Shown in pieces: positions 1 to 9,596 of a stretch of DNA of 63,559 nt. Location: the sequence record SRR20825006_717. One strand, 5' to 3'. A model generated the notes under the pieces. That model saw only the letters and a program-made list of their open reading frames with translations, did not search any database and was not told the DNA's origin. Each line of letters opens with the position of its first letter. Positions within the stretch are counted from its first letter, which is position 1. Both the position numbers and the translations under genes were made by a program.

Positions 1-525
1 CGAGAACGAAGCATCACCAATTAACCTCAATGTATCTCCACTCGCTTTATTCAGAACGAAAGCATACCAATACTCATAGCAGAATGCGTTAATTTGATAC
101 CAATTAGAATTCTGCACTTCTCCATTAAAAATATACTCGACGGACTCAATGATTGGATCGTAATTCGTTTGCTCTTCGTTATAAGGATAGTCTTTGAACA
201 CCTTTCGAATCCCAGTCTTTGACTGAAAAATGAGATTTAAACCCTCTCTTCTTAAATCTGGAAACTTTTTGAGCATCTTCTTTTCATAATCCACATGGTG
301 ATATGTGGTATCATAGCCATAATAAATCGGCACAGGCAAAGAAGTAAATCCCACTTTAACAGACCCAATAAACATGGTTGAATCATACACCACAGGCGCG
401 ACTTCTTCATCGACAAGTTGGATTTCATTCTGTTCTGTAATTTGAGTCTTATTCTCAGAGTTACATCCAACGAGAACTGTGGAGACGATAAACCCCAATA
501 AAGTTACTTTCAAGAAATTATTCAT
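1..525 (-). CDS. Hypothetical lipoprotein, 3' end runs off the window (missing from the ORF track)
   Basis: Manual translation from ATG at 525 gives MNNFLKVTLLGFIVSTVLVGCNSENK..., open to position 1; LVGC lipobox; begins 10 bp after the upstream gene's stop. Confidence 0.75.
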   Translation of the reverse strand, partial: MNNFLKVTLLGFIVSTVLVGCNSENKTQITEQNEIQLVDEEVAPVVYDSTMFIGSVKVGFTSLPVPIYYGYDTTYHHVDYEKKMLKKFPDLRREGLNLIFQSKTGIRKVFKDYPYNEEQTNYDPIIESVEYIFNGEVQNSNWYQINAFCYEYWYAFVLNKASGDTLRLIGDASFS

Positions 526-535
526 AATTTGCGAC

Positions 536-1357
536 TTAGCGATACGGGCACTTATCTGGCTGTCCTAAACGAAATGTTAGGGAAATCCCAGAAAACACAT
601 ACCAATCTTTTGTTCCCGAATCACCACGTCTGCCGAAGCGTGATCCTGAACGATTGGAAAGATCAGCCGCTATTGGGCCGCTTTCAGCTAGAAGACGATC
701 GTAATCGGCGTAATAATCCGAACCTACGTCATCTAAATAATCTGTGAATGTTTTGCGAATTCCAATTTCACCACCAAATGAAGCTCTTTTTCCGATGCTT
801 ACGCGTGCTCCAATTCCCAAAGGAATCGCTAGTTGATACTGTCCGTATTTGCGCTTTGATGTGATAGAAGTACCTTGTCCTTCCGTTCCCAAATCTCTCA
901 ACTCAACCTCGTCACCGTTAAAATCGGTTTTCGGATTCATTCTGAACAAAGCAAGTTGCGTGAAAATATAGGCTGTTCCTTTATATCGTTTGTGCCCGAT
1001 TTGAAAAGGCGAATAATTAAACTCTGTCCCCGAAGCCAATTCCCAAATAGTAGAAGTGAAATTCAGATTTCGTTGCTTATTTTGACTCAATTGAGCGTCA
1101 GCATCATCGCCTTCAACCACTCCGTAATTGAACGTTGTACGAATAGCCAAACGCGAATGAACATTGTACCGATAGATCAATCCACCAGCCAAATGCGTAT
1201 TTCGGAACTGCATGTATTGATTTAAGTCACCCAAATAATAAGAGCCACCCACCATAAACCCGAGCTCAGAGCGTGATCTATTCGTCTGCCTCTGAGAAAA
1301 TCCGAACTGGGGCAAAGCAATAATAACAAGTAATAAAAAAATGCGCATGGTCTTCAT
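536..1357 (-). CDS. DUF6089-family outer-membrane beta-barrel protein
   Basis: Signal peptide; GGSYYLGDL, LGTEGQG, RKTFTDYLDDV and DWYVFSGISLTF motifs. Confidence 0.75.
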   Translation of the reverse strand: MKTMRIFLLLVIIALPQFGFSQRQTNRSRSELGFMVGGSYYLGDLNQYMQFRNTHLAGGLIYRYNVHSRLAIRTTFNYGVVEGDDADAQLSQNKQRNLNFTSTIWELASGTEFNYSPFQIGHKRYKGTAYIFTQLALFRMNPKTDFNGDEVELRDLGTEGQGTSITSKRKYGQYQLAIPLGIGARVSIGKRASFGGEIGIRKTFTDYLDDVGSDYYADYDRLLAESGPIAADLSNRSGSRFGRRGDSGTKDWYVFSGISLTFRLGQPDKCPYR

Positions 1358-1532
1358 TCTGCCTGATAGAACGTAAAGATATTAAGAAAATTGCCATTTC
1401 ATAGAAATGATGGTTTTGAGAGGACAATCGTGGTCTGAATTAAGCTGATTGTTATTTATTTCACATATTATTTATTAATAAACATTTTGTGTTTTAATAA
1501 ACTAACCCGACCTTTGTCCAAAACTTTTTAAG

Positions 1533-2786
1533 ATGACGCCCCAACAGCTGATAACAATTGCCGAGAATCATTCAACACCAACTTACGTTTACAATGCGGA
1601 AACGATTGTAAGCCAATATAGAAAACTCCACAAAGCATTTTCTCCGTTGGATGTTAAACTGCATTACGCGTTAAAGGCGCTGAATAACATTAACGTTCTG
1701 CGATTGTTAAAAAACGAAGGCGCTGGTCTCGATGCTGTTTCACTAGAAGAAATCCACCTAGGATTGCGCGCCGGTTTCACTCCTGATAAAATCATGTACA
1801 CTCCTAACTGTGTTGCTTTTGACGAGATTCAGGCAGCCATAGAACTAGGTGTTCACATTAACATTGATAACTTGACAATGCTCGAAAAGTTAGGAAATCA
1901 ATACGGTGATTCAGTTCCGTGCTGCGTTCGAATCAACCCACACATTATGGCGGGCGGAAATTCGAACATTTCAGTTGGGCACATCGATTCAAAATTTGGG
2001 ATCTCGATTCATCAATTGCGTCATGTTTGCAGAATTGCGGAAAACTATGGGATGCATATTATTGGGCTTCACATGCACACGGGAAGCGATATTATTGATG
2101 CTGACGTATTTTTAAGAGGTGCAGAACTACTTTATCAGGCAGCAGAACATTTTAAAGAACTGAAATTTCTCGACTTCGGAAGTGGATTTAAAATTGCGTA
2201 CAAGGACGGTGACATGTTTACCGACATTAACAGAATTGGAAAGAAAATCACTGCTTCATTCCAAGATTTCTGTACCACTTACGGTCGTGACCTAGAACTT
2301 TGGTTCGAACCAGGAAAATACATTGTTAGCGAAGCTGGAAAATTGATCGTTTCGGTGAATGTTGTGAAGCAGACCACTTCAACGGTATTTGTAGGAGTGA
2401 ATAGCGGACAGAATCATTTACTTCGCCCAATGTTTTACAACGCCTATCATGAAATCACAAATATTTCAAATCCCGACGGTGAGAAAAAGCTGTATTCAAT
2501 TGTCGGAAACATTTGCGAAAGCGACACATTTGGCTACGATAGAATGCTGAGTGAAGTGAGAGAAGGAGATTTACTCGCGATTTCAAATGCAGGTGCTTAC
2601 GGCTTCTCGATGAGTAATCAATACAACGCACGACTCAGACCTGCCGAAGTCCTCATTCAAGGAGGAAAAGACTATTTGATCAGAAAGAGAGAAAAAATCG
2701 AAGATCTCTACATGAATGAAGTTGAGTTAGAACACCTGATGATTCAAGAAGAAGAGCTTGCAGAAGTTGAGCAGTCAGTAAAATAA
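1533..2786 (+). CDS. lysA: Diaminopimelate decarboxylase
   Basis: YALKAL PLP lysine, SKFG, HMHTGS, EPGKY, GNICESD, GAYG motifs. Confidence 0.95.
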   Translation: MTPQQLITIAENHSTPTYVYNAETIVSQYRKLHKAFSPLDVKLHYALKALNNINVLRLLKNEGAGLDAVSLEEIHLGLRAGFTPDKIMYTPNCVAFDEIQAAIELGVHINIDNLTMLEKLGNQYGDSVPCCVRINPHIMAGGNSNISVGHIDSKFGISIHQLRHVCRIAENYGMHIIGLHMHTGSDIIDADVFLRGAELLYQAAEHFKELKFLDFGSGFKIAYKDGDMFTDINRIGKKITASFQDFCTTYGRDLELWFEPGKYIVSEAGKLIVSVNVVKQTTSTVFVGVNSGQNHLLRPMFYNAYHEITNISNPDGEKKLYSIVGNICESDTFGYDRMLSEVREGDLLAISNAGAYGFSMSNQYNARLRPAEVLIQGGKDYLIRKREKIEDLYMNEVELEHLMIQEEELAEVEQSVK

Positions 2787-2816
2787 AATAGTATCTTGCC
2801 TCAAAAAAAACGAACA

Positions 2817-3233
2817 ATGGCAGGAATAATTGGACTAGGCGGTGTTTTCTTAAAGTTTAACGATCCAACAGCCATGCGCGATTGGTACTCGAGCGTTCTT
2901 GGAATGCAAACCAATGATTATGGCGTGTTATTTGAGTTTAATGGCGACACATCTTCCACCAAAGGATACTTACAACTTGGAACATTTGAATCAACAACGG
3001 ATTACTTCGGGAGTGATTCCCAAAGCGCAATGCTCAATTTTCGCGTAGAAAATCTTGTGGAGTTTAAAGTCGCACTAGAAAACAATTCCGTTAAAATCGT
3101 AGACGAAATCGAAGAGTATAGTTACGGAAAGTTTCTTCACATTGAAGATCCCGAAGGAAATAGAATAGAACTTTGGGAACCCGTTGACAAAGAATTCGAA
3201 ACCAGTGAGGATTCTAAAATGCCGATGAGATAG
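2817..3233 (+). CDS. VOC/glyoxalase family protein
   Basis: GLGGVFLK...WY, NFRVENL, YGKF...DPEGNRIELWEP; ATG at 2817 preferred. Confidence 0.85.
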   Translation: MAGIIGLGGVFLKFNDPTAMRDWYSSVLGMQTNDYGVLFEFNGDTSSTKGYLQLGTFESTTDYFGSDSQSAMLNFRVENLVEFKVALENNSVKIVDEIEEYSYGKFLHIEDPEGNRIELWEPVDKEFETSEDSKMPMR

Positions 3234-3606
3234 AAGGTCCAGCTACGCTCGACAAAAACTTTGGTAAGTTATCGTTCTTGATAACATCGTCAGAACCGAG
3301 AAACAAAATTCGCGTACACTTATTGGCGTTTGACCACATCTTGAAGCTATTTATTGCTACTTGAAGCGTTCCATTAACGTCAATTTTTTGCGTTGGGATA
3401 TGTTTCTTATCAAAATACGAATGAATTTCATCAATATCTCTTCTAATATCTTGATTTTCGTTAATCAAGAGCAAACCGTCTGGTGCTTGGTCTTCACCTG
3501 GCTTAAAATCATAAGAAAGCGTCTCAATACCCGCTTGAGAAGCCCATTCCTTTATATAATTAGAGAAGGGAGATTCAGTTCTTAAATAAATGGATTGCAA
3601 TTTCAT
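3214..3606 (-). CDS. Hypothetical alpha/beta protein
   Basis: Open frame from ATG 3606 (MKLQSIYL); no confident family. Confidence 0.6.
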   Translation of the reverse strand: MKLQSIYLRTESPFSNYIKEWASQAGIETLSYDFKPGEDQAPDGLLLINENQDIRRDIDEIHSYFDKKHIPTQKIDVNGTLQVAINSFKMWSNANKCTRILFLGSDDVIKNDNLPKFLSSVAGPSISSAF

Positions 3607-3783
3607 TCTTTTGTTGTGTTTTCGCCTATAAAACGCAATCAAAATGCGTAAAAGCGGGTGCAAATATAACCAAATCCCGCTAATCGGAGATATGTAAGAT
3701 CATTTTCAATGAAAAACTAGTATTTTCCGCACCGAATTCAGCCAAATAAATCCACTGTTCCCTGATAACGTTACATCTATAGT

Positions 3784-4869
3784 TTAGTTACCATAGGTCA
3801 TTAAATACGCTTTCAAAAACTCATTCAGCCCACCATCCATCACAGCATCCACGTTTCCAGTTTCGTGCCCCGTTCGAACATCCTTGATCAATTTATATGG
3901 ATGCATTACATAGTTACGAATTTGAGATCCCCATTCGATCTTTTTCTTATCCGCTTCTATTTCTGCTCTTTTTTCCATTTTAGCACGATATTCTAACTCA
4001 TAAAGCTGTGATCGCAGTAACTGAAGCGCCTTTTCCTTGTTTCCCAATTGAGATCTTCCTTCGGAGTTTTCAATAATGATGCCAGAAGGCTCGTGTCTCA
4101 AACGAACAGCCGTTTCAACCTTGTTGACGTTCTGTCCACCTTTCCCTCCAGCCCGGAATGTTTCCCAAGAGATGTCAGCAGGATTAATATTTATTTCAAT
4201 TGAGTCGTCAACCAACGGATAAACATATACTGAAGCAAAAGACGTATGACGCTTCGCATTTGAATCAAATGGAGAAATTCTCACCAATCGATGCACTCCG
4301 TTCTCCCCTTTCAGGTAACCAAATGCAAAATCACCTTCAAATTCTATGGTAACCGTTTTCACACCGGCAACATCACCATCTTGATAATTCAGCTCTCGAA
4401 TTTTGTAACCGCTTTTTTGTCCCCACATGGTATACATCCTCATGAGCATTGCGGCCCAATCACAACTTTCCGTTCCTCCTGCACCTGCCGTAATTTGAAG
4501 AACTGCAGAAAGACCGTCTTCCTCACCAGAAAGCATGTTTTTCAATTCTAACTCTTCCACCTTTTGTGCAAGTTCAGTAGCTTGTTCATCTAGTTCGGCT
4601 TCATCAGCTTCGCCTTCCTTTACAAATTCAAGCATTACTTCTACATCACCAAAAAGCGTATTCAACTGTTCGTATGAATCAATCCAAAACTTTAACCCTC
4701 TGATTTCCTTCATCTGAGCCTCCGCTTTCTTCGAATCGTTCCAAAAATCTGGATCTTGTGTTTTCAACTCTTCTTCGTTGAGTTCCATTCTTTTTTCATC
4801 AATCTTTAGGTAAAGACTGATTTTATCAATTCGTTCTCGAAGTTCCTTAAGCTGATCTTGATTTATCAT
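3784..4869 (-). CDS. prfB: Peptide chain release factor 2, no programmed frameshift
   Basis: SPF tripeptide (RISPFD), GGQ motif, WGSQIRNYV; one continuous frame. Confidence 0.97.
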   Translation of the reverse strand: MINQDQLKELRERIDKISLYLKIDEKRMELNEEELKTQDPDFWNDSKKAEAQMKEIRGLKFWIDSYEQLNTLFGDVEVMLEFVKEGEADEAELDEQATELAQKVEELELKNMLSGEEDGLSAVLQITAGAGGTESCDWAAMLMRMYTMWGQKSGYKIRELNYQDGDVAGVKTVTIEFEGDFAFGYLKGENGVHRLVRISPFDSNAKRHTSFASVYVYPLVDDSIEININPADISWETFRAGGKGGQNVNKVETAVRLRHEPSGIIIENSEGRSQLGNKEKALQLLRSQLYELEYRAKMEKRAEIEADKKKIEWGSQIRNYVMHPYKLIKDVRTGHETGNVDAVMDGGLNEFLKAYLMTYGN

Positions 4870-4978
4870 ACCACACAAAATTAGTTAAAAAGATAAGAGA
4901 ATTGTTTACAATTATTATTGCCGATCAGGTCGTACAACCCACGGAAATATTTTAAATTTGCCCAAAACTAAACAAGAA

Positions 4979-5356
4979 ATGAATATTCCTGAAAATTTAA
5001 AATACACGAAAGATCACGAATGGGTAAGCGTTGAAGGTGACGTTGCTACGGTAGGAATCACTGAATTTGCTCAAAGTGAGTTGGGAGACATCGTTTATGT
5101 AGAAATTGAAACTGAAGGTGAAACATTAAATAATGAAGAAGTTTTCGGTTCTGTTGAAGCGGTAAAAACTGTTTCTGACTTATTTATGCCGCTTTCTGGG
5201 GAGATCATTTCTTTCAATAGTGCATTAGAAACTTCTCCTGAAACTGTGAATTCTGATCCATTTGGTGAAGGTTGGATGATCAAAATCAAAATGAGTGATG
5301 TAAGTGAATTAGACGCATTACTTGACTCTGCGGCATACGCCGAATTAATCGGGTAA
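4979..5356 (+). CDS. gcvH: Glycine cleavage system H protein
   Basis: [23 protein letters not shown], lipoyl-Lys motif VEAVKTVS. Confidence 0.97.
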   Translation: MNIPENLKYTKDHEWVSVEGDVATVGITEFAQSELGDIVYVEIETEGETLNNEEVFGSVEAVKTVSDLFMPLSGEIISFNSALETSPETVNSDPFGEGWMIKIKMSDVSELDALLDSAAYAELIG

Positions 5357-5364
5357 TTCTTCAA

Positions 5365-5742
5365 GTGCGGTTTCGACACTTTATTCCCGGGATCATCTGG
5401 ACAGCCATGATGTGCTTAATATTCACTTCTCGTAGACATGAGTTTGAGTTATTAATTCTGGACACAATCCCTTTAAGGTCATTGATCAATGTATTTCTCT
5501 TTTGGGGATTTACTCACATCTGGTTAGGAGCTTGCAAAAAGGAAATAAAGCGTGACTTTGTAAAACGTAACGCATTTACCATAATAGTTGCAAGTACTAC
5601 GCTTTTGGCAGTTTTTGCAGAATTAGGATTATATTATGCTGGATTCCAACGAACAATTTGCTTTTGGAGCATCTTTTTCAACTTAATTGGCATGGGATTT
5701 GGTATTCTAACATTCAAACTAGTATACCGTAGTTGTTATTGA
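5365..5742 (+). CDS. Small membrane protein, possibly VanZ-like
   Basis: Four hydrophobic segments; GTG start; lies between gcvH and tonB. Confidence 0.5.
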   Translation: MRFRHFIPGIIWTAMMCLIFTSRRHEFELLILDTIPLRSLINVFLFWGFTHIWLGACKKEIKRDFVKRNAFTIIVASTTLLAVFAELGLYYAGFQRTICFWSIFFNLIGMGFGILTFKLVYRSCY

Positions 5743-5803
5743 CTCTTTGGTATAATTGTTTTGACATTTTTTTTAATATATTTACATCTTAAATGCATAC
5801 GAC

Positions 5804-6469
5804 ATGGAATTGAAGAAAAGCAACGACGCAAACATTGAAAAGCTGCGTATTCCAATTACGCTAATGGGTCTCCTTTTTGTAGGTGGTCTTGTACTTGCAT
5901 CCTTTTCGTACACCACAACTGAAGGGGATAACGAAACGGAAGATAAGACGAAAGTAACTTCTCAAATTAAATTTGAGGAAGAAGTAGTTGCTCCGCCTCC
6001 TGCAGACACTCCTCCTCCAGCTGTAGATGCAGAGCCGCCTATCGATGATGAAATCATTGAAAAGAAGAATGAGGAAAAAGAGCCAATTGTAGAAATTCCA
6101 GCTCCACCACCACCATTACCTCCGTCTAAGAAAGAAAACGTAATTGTCCCAGTTGAATTCGTTGAGTTCCCTGATAAAGATGCACTTTTCCCAGGAGGAG
6201 CAGCAGCAATGCAATTATGGATTTCCAAAAATGTAGAATATCCTCAAGTAGCTCGTGAAATGGGTGATCAAGGATTGGTTTATGTTTCCTTTATTGTTGA
6301 AGGAGATGGATCAATTAGCGACATTAAAATTTCTCGTGGAGTAAGTGAAGACTTGGATAAAGAAGCAAAACGAGTAATTCGTAAAATGCCTAACTGGACT
6401 CCAGCGGAGAACCAAGGGAAAGCTGTAAAAACGAGATGTAGTTTACCTATTCGATTCGTATTAGATTAA
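5804..6469 (+). CDS. tonB: Energy transducer TonB
   Basis: N-terminal TM, Pro-rich linker, C-terminal FPGG...YP...QGLVYVSFIV...MPNWTPA domain. Confidence 0.9.
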   Translation: MELKKSNDANIEKLRIPITLMGLLFVGGLVLASFSYTTTEGDNETEDKTKVTSQIKFEEEVVAPPPADTPPPAVDAEPPIDDEIIEKKNEEKEPIVEIPAPPPPLPPSKKENVIVPVEFVEFPDKDALFPGGAAAMQLWISKNVEYPQVAREMGDQGLVYVSFIVEGDGSISDIKISRGVSEDLDKEAKRVIRKMPNWTPAENQGKAVKTRCSLPIRFVLD

Positions 6470-6490
6470 TCTGAATCCATACAATATTTG

Positions 6491-6522
6491 AAAGCCTGAT
6501 TATTTAATCAGGCTTTTTTTTT
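6491..6522 (+). terminator. Intrinsic terminator after tonB
   Basis: AAAGCCTGATT-loop-AATCAGGCTTT followed by a T tract. Confidence 0.85.
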
Positions 6523-6591
6523 GTCCTTGATTACTGATCATTTGGCACGATTTTTAGTTCAATACACTTTGTAATCTCAAACCCATTTAAT

Positions 6592-7203
6592 ATGAAAAAA
6601 ATCATTACCCTTTTTGTCTTTCTTTGCAGCCTGTCTGCGCTAAACGCTCAACGTAGTCAAGCACGCGTTGAAAATTTCCAAGGACTCGATGTCTATGTAA
6701 TGAACACACCTATGGCGAAATACGAAATCGTTGTTCGAATGAATACATTTAGTTTGGCAAACATTAATGTCTCCACCATTGCAACTGGCGGAGTCATTCG
6801 TGAAACAGCCGCAGATAAAGTAAACAAGTATGTAAACCAGATTTTGCGTCAAGCAGAAAAGGACAGCGTTCATGTAGACGCCATTATATACTCTGGAGGT
6901 AAAGGTGCTGTTGGAATTGCCTATACGGGAGAAGAAAACCGTGGAATGGCCGAAGTAAAGCAAATGTATGGAATGGACCTCTATGCTTTCTGTGAGCCTG
7001 TTAATTCATACGACATGGTAAATAGTAAAAGAGCTCGCTCTGGCTCTGTAGTCGCTGGGTCAACTTATGGTGTAATTGATTCTTCTATTGATGAGGACAT
7101 TGAAAAGCTTGCAAGACGATTGAAACGAAAAAAGAAAAAATATGGAACCAAAGGAATTCTCTACAATGTGGGAAACCGAGGTTCAGGAATCATTTATCAA
7201 TAA
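6592..7203 (+). CDS. Secreted hypothetical protein with an internally duplicated domain
   Basis: Signal peptide; two similar ~90-aa halves. Confidence 0.75.
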   Translation: MKKIITLFVFLCSLSALNAQRSQARVENFQGLDVYVMNTPMAKYEIVVRMNTFSLANINVSTIATGGVIRETAADKVNKYVNQILRQAEKDSVHVDAIIYSGGKGAVGIAYTGEENRGMAEVKQMYGMDLYAFCEPVNSYDMVNSKRARSGSVVAGSTYGVIDSSIDEDIEKLARRLKRKKKKYGTKGILYNVGNRGSGIIYQ

Positions 7204-7204
7204 C

Positions 7205-7233
7205 AAAAAAGGCTGCGAATTGCAGCCTTTTTT
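7205..7233. terminator. Bidirectional terminator between convergent genes
   Basis: AAAAAAGGCTGC-GAATT-GCAGCCTTTTTT. Confidence 0.85.
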
Positions 7234-7248
7234 GTTTAATGTCTTTTT

Positions 7249-8130
7249 CTAATAAGAAGATGTCGCTCCGCCAATATTCTCTATCGGATGCCAAGTCGTT
7301 TTTAGTTCCTGACTATCGGAAATCAAGTATAAATCTTGCGCGTCTTCCTTCATCCAATCACGATCATAAATCCTGATTCGCTTCATGTTTAGCGCTGTAC
7401 TTTCTTTAAGCTGCGTAATTCGTCCTAAATCAGTTCCTGCGTAGAAAATCGCGTTTACATCCATGTGCTCGCAAAGCGGTTTCGCCATTTCTTCCTGCGA
7501 ACCAGTCAGAATATTCACAACGCCACCTGGAACGTCCGATGAATGAATTACTTCAGCTAAGGTTACTGCGCATAAAGGCAATGCTTCTGACGCGATAACA
7601 ATCACTGTATTTCCGCCAGCAATTATCGGAGCGATCAATGAAACCAATCCAATCAATGAACTCTCCTGATCAGCAAGAACACCAACAACTCCTGTTGGCT
7701 CGTGAACTGAGAAATTAAAATGACTTGAAGCAACAGGATTTACTGAGCTCAATACTTGTGTGTACTTGTCGCACCAACCCGCATAATAAATCAATCGATC
7801 GATCGAGAGCTCAACTTCCTTCTGTGCTTGCGCTTTTGTAGATCCCTGTAAAATTAACTCCTCAATAAACTGAGATTTTCTTCCTTCAAGCATTTCTGCA
7901 ATTCGATACAGAATCTGTGCTCTATTAAAAGCTGGTCGTTCAGACCATCCTCCAAACGCCTTTCTTGCCGCGACCACTGCGTTTCTAATATCCTTTCGCG
8001 ACGACAAACAGATATTTCCGAGCTGCTGACCTTTTGAATTCATCGGAATGTAATATCTTCCAGATTCTGTGCGTGGAAATTGACCTCCAATGTAAATTTT
8101 ATATGTCTTCAAGACTTCCAAACGTTCCAT
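7249..8130 (-). CDS. Aldehyde dehydrogenase-like protein, NAD-binding-like domain only
   Basis: ALDH N-terminal fold (YYAGWCDK, EPTGVVG, PGGVVNILTG); lacks ELGGK and the catalytic Cys domain. Confidence 0.85.
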   Translation of the reverse strand: MERLEVLKTYKIYIGGQFPRTESGRYYIPMNSKGQQLGNICLSSRKDIRNAVVAARKAFGGWSERPAFNRAQILYRIAEMLEGRKSQFIEELILQGSTKAQAQKEVELSIDRLIYYAGWCDKYTQVLSSVNPVASSHFNFSVHEPTGVVGVLADQESSLIGLVSLIAPIIAGGNTVIVIASEALPLCAVTLAEVIHSSDVPGGVVNILTGSQEEMAKPLCEHMDVNAIFYAGTDLGRITQLKESTALNMKRIRIYDRDWMKEDAQDLYLISDSQELKTTWHPIENIGGATSSY

Positions 8131-8133
8131 AAC

Positions 8134-9570
8134 TTATTTCAATTTAACATACGCCTCCAAACCATGAAGTCCACCTTCACGTCCGAAACCACTTTCTTTA
8201 TATCCTCCAAATGGAGAAGTTGGATCAAACTTATTATAGCTATTTGCCCAAACAACGCCCGCTCTTAACTTGGTTGTAAGATTAAAAATGCGCGATCCTT
8301 TATCTGTCCAAACACCCGCAGCTAATCCATAAGGTGTATTGTTTGCTTTTTGAATTACTTCATCCACCGTCCTGAACGTTTGAATCGTCAACACAGGTCC
8401 GAAAATTTCCTCTTGTACAATTCTGTTTGATTGTGCTACATTGATGAAAAGTGTTGGCGCGCAGTAGAATCCACCTTTGGGTATTGAGCACTTCGGTTGA
8501 TACATTTCAGCACCTTCATCCTTCCCTATCTTTATGTACTTATTAATGGTGTCTAATTGTTCTTTAGAATTAATTGCACCAATATCCGTGTTCTTATCCA
8601 TTGGATCTCCAACAATAAGTGAATTCATACGGTGTTTTAGTTTCGCAATTACGGTATCGGCAACACCTTCCTGAACAAAGAGCCTAGATCCCGCACAGCA
8701 AACATGACCTTGATTGAAAAAGATCCCATTAATGATTCCTTCCACCGCTTGATCCAACGGAGCGTCATCCATTATAATGTTCGCAGACTTTCCTCCTAGT
8801 TCTAGCGTTACCCTTTTGTTTGTCCCGGAAATTGCTTTTTGAATGATCTTTCCAACATTCGTTGATCCTGTAAACGCAATTTTATCCACGTCAGCATGAT
8901 TTACAATTGCTGCACCCGTATCTCCATATCCAGTTACAATATTCACCACCCCTGGAGGTAATCCTGAATCGTGAATGATTTCAGCTAATTTAAGCGCCGT
9001 AAGCGGTGTTGTTTCCGCAGGTTTTAGCACTACTGTGTTTCCTGTCGCTAACGCTGGAGCAATTTTCCATGCGGCCATCAACAACGGGAAGTTCCAAGGA
9101 ATAATCTGTCCAGCAACTCCCAACGATTCTACTTTTCTATTTGGAAATGCGTACTCCAATTTATCCGCCCAACCGGCGTAATAAAAGAAATGATTGCATG
9201 CCAAAGGCACATCCACATCTCGAGACTCACGAATGGTTTTACCAGAGTCTAAAGATTCAATGACAGCGAATTCACGCGCGCGTTCCTGCATCAATCGGGC
9301 AATGCGATAAATATATTTCGCTCGTTCGCTTGGCTTCATTTTTGACCAAACTTCCGTGTATGCTTTCCTTGCCGCCTTAACAGCTTTGTCGACATCGGCT
9401 TCGTTTGCGTGCGCCACCTTTGCCAATACTTTTTGATTGGCTGGGTTTACAGTTTCGAAATACTTCTTCGAGCCGGGTTTCGTCCATTTTCCGTCAATGT
9501 ATAAATCATAACTCTCTTTTAAAGCGATATGACCTGTGCTTTCTGGTGACGGTGAATAATTCCATTCCAT
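8134..9570 (-). CDS. Aldehyde dehydrogenase (probably acetaldehyde from DeoC)
   Basis: IIPWNFP, KPAE, FTGST, LELGGKS, NQGHVCCAGSR, EEIFGPV. Confidence 0.95.
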   Translation of the reverse strand: MEWNYSPSPESTGHIALKESYDLYIDGKWTKPGSKKYFETVNPANQKVLAKVAHANEADVDKAVKAARKAYTEVWSKMKPSERAKYIYRIARLMQERAREFAVIESLDSGKTIRESRDVDVPLACNHFFYYAGWADKLEYAFPNRKVESLGVAGQIIPWNFPLLMAAWKIAPALATGNTVVLKPAETTPLTALKLAEIIHDSGLPPGVVNIVTGYGDTGAAIVNHADVDKIAFTGSTNVGKIIQKAISGTNKRVTLELGGKSANIIMDDAPLDQAVEGIINGIFFNQGHVCCAGSRLFVQEGVADTVIAKLKHRMNSLIVGDPMDKNTDIGAINSKEQLDTINKYIKIGKDEGAEMYQPKCSIPKGGFYCAPTLFINVAQSNRIVQEEIFGPVLTIQTFRTVDEVIQKANNTPYGLAAGVWTDKGSRIFNLTTKLRAGVVWANSYNKFDPTSPFGGYKESGFGREGGLHGLEAYVKLK

Positions 9571-9596
9571 AATATTGTTCTTACGTTAGTCGTAGA

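Noticed and set aside
252-470. 72-aa minus-strand ORF in the track
   Set aside because: Alternative frame inside the longer lipoprotein gene 1-525.
1358-1532. Possible lysine riboswitch upstream of lysA
   Set aside because: AT-rich divergent promoter region with no recognisable aptamer.
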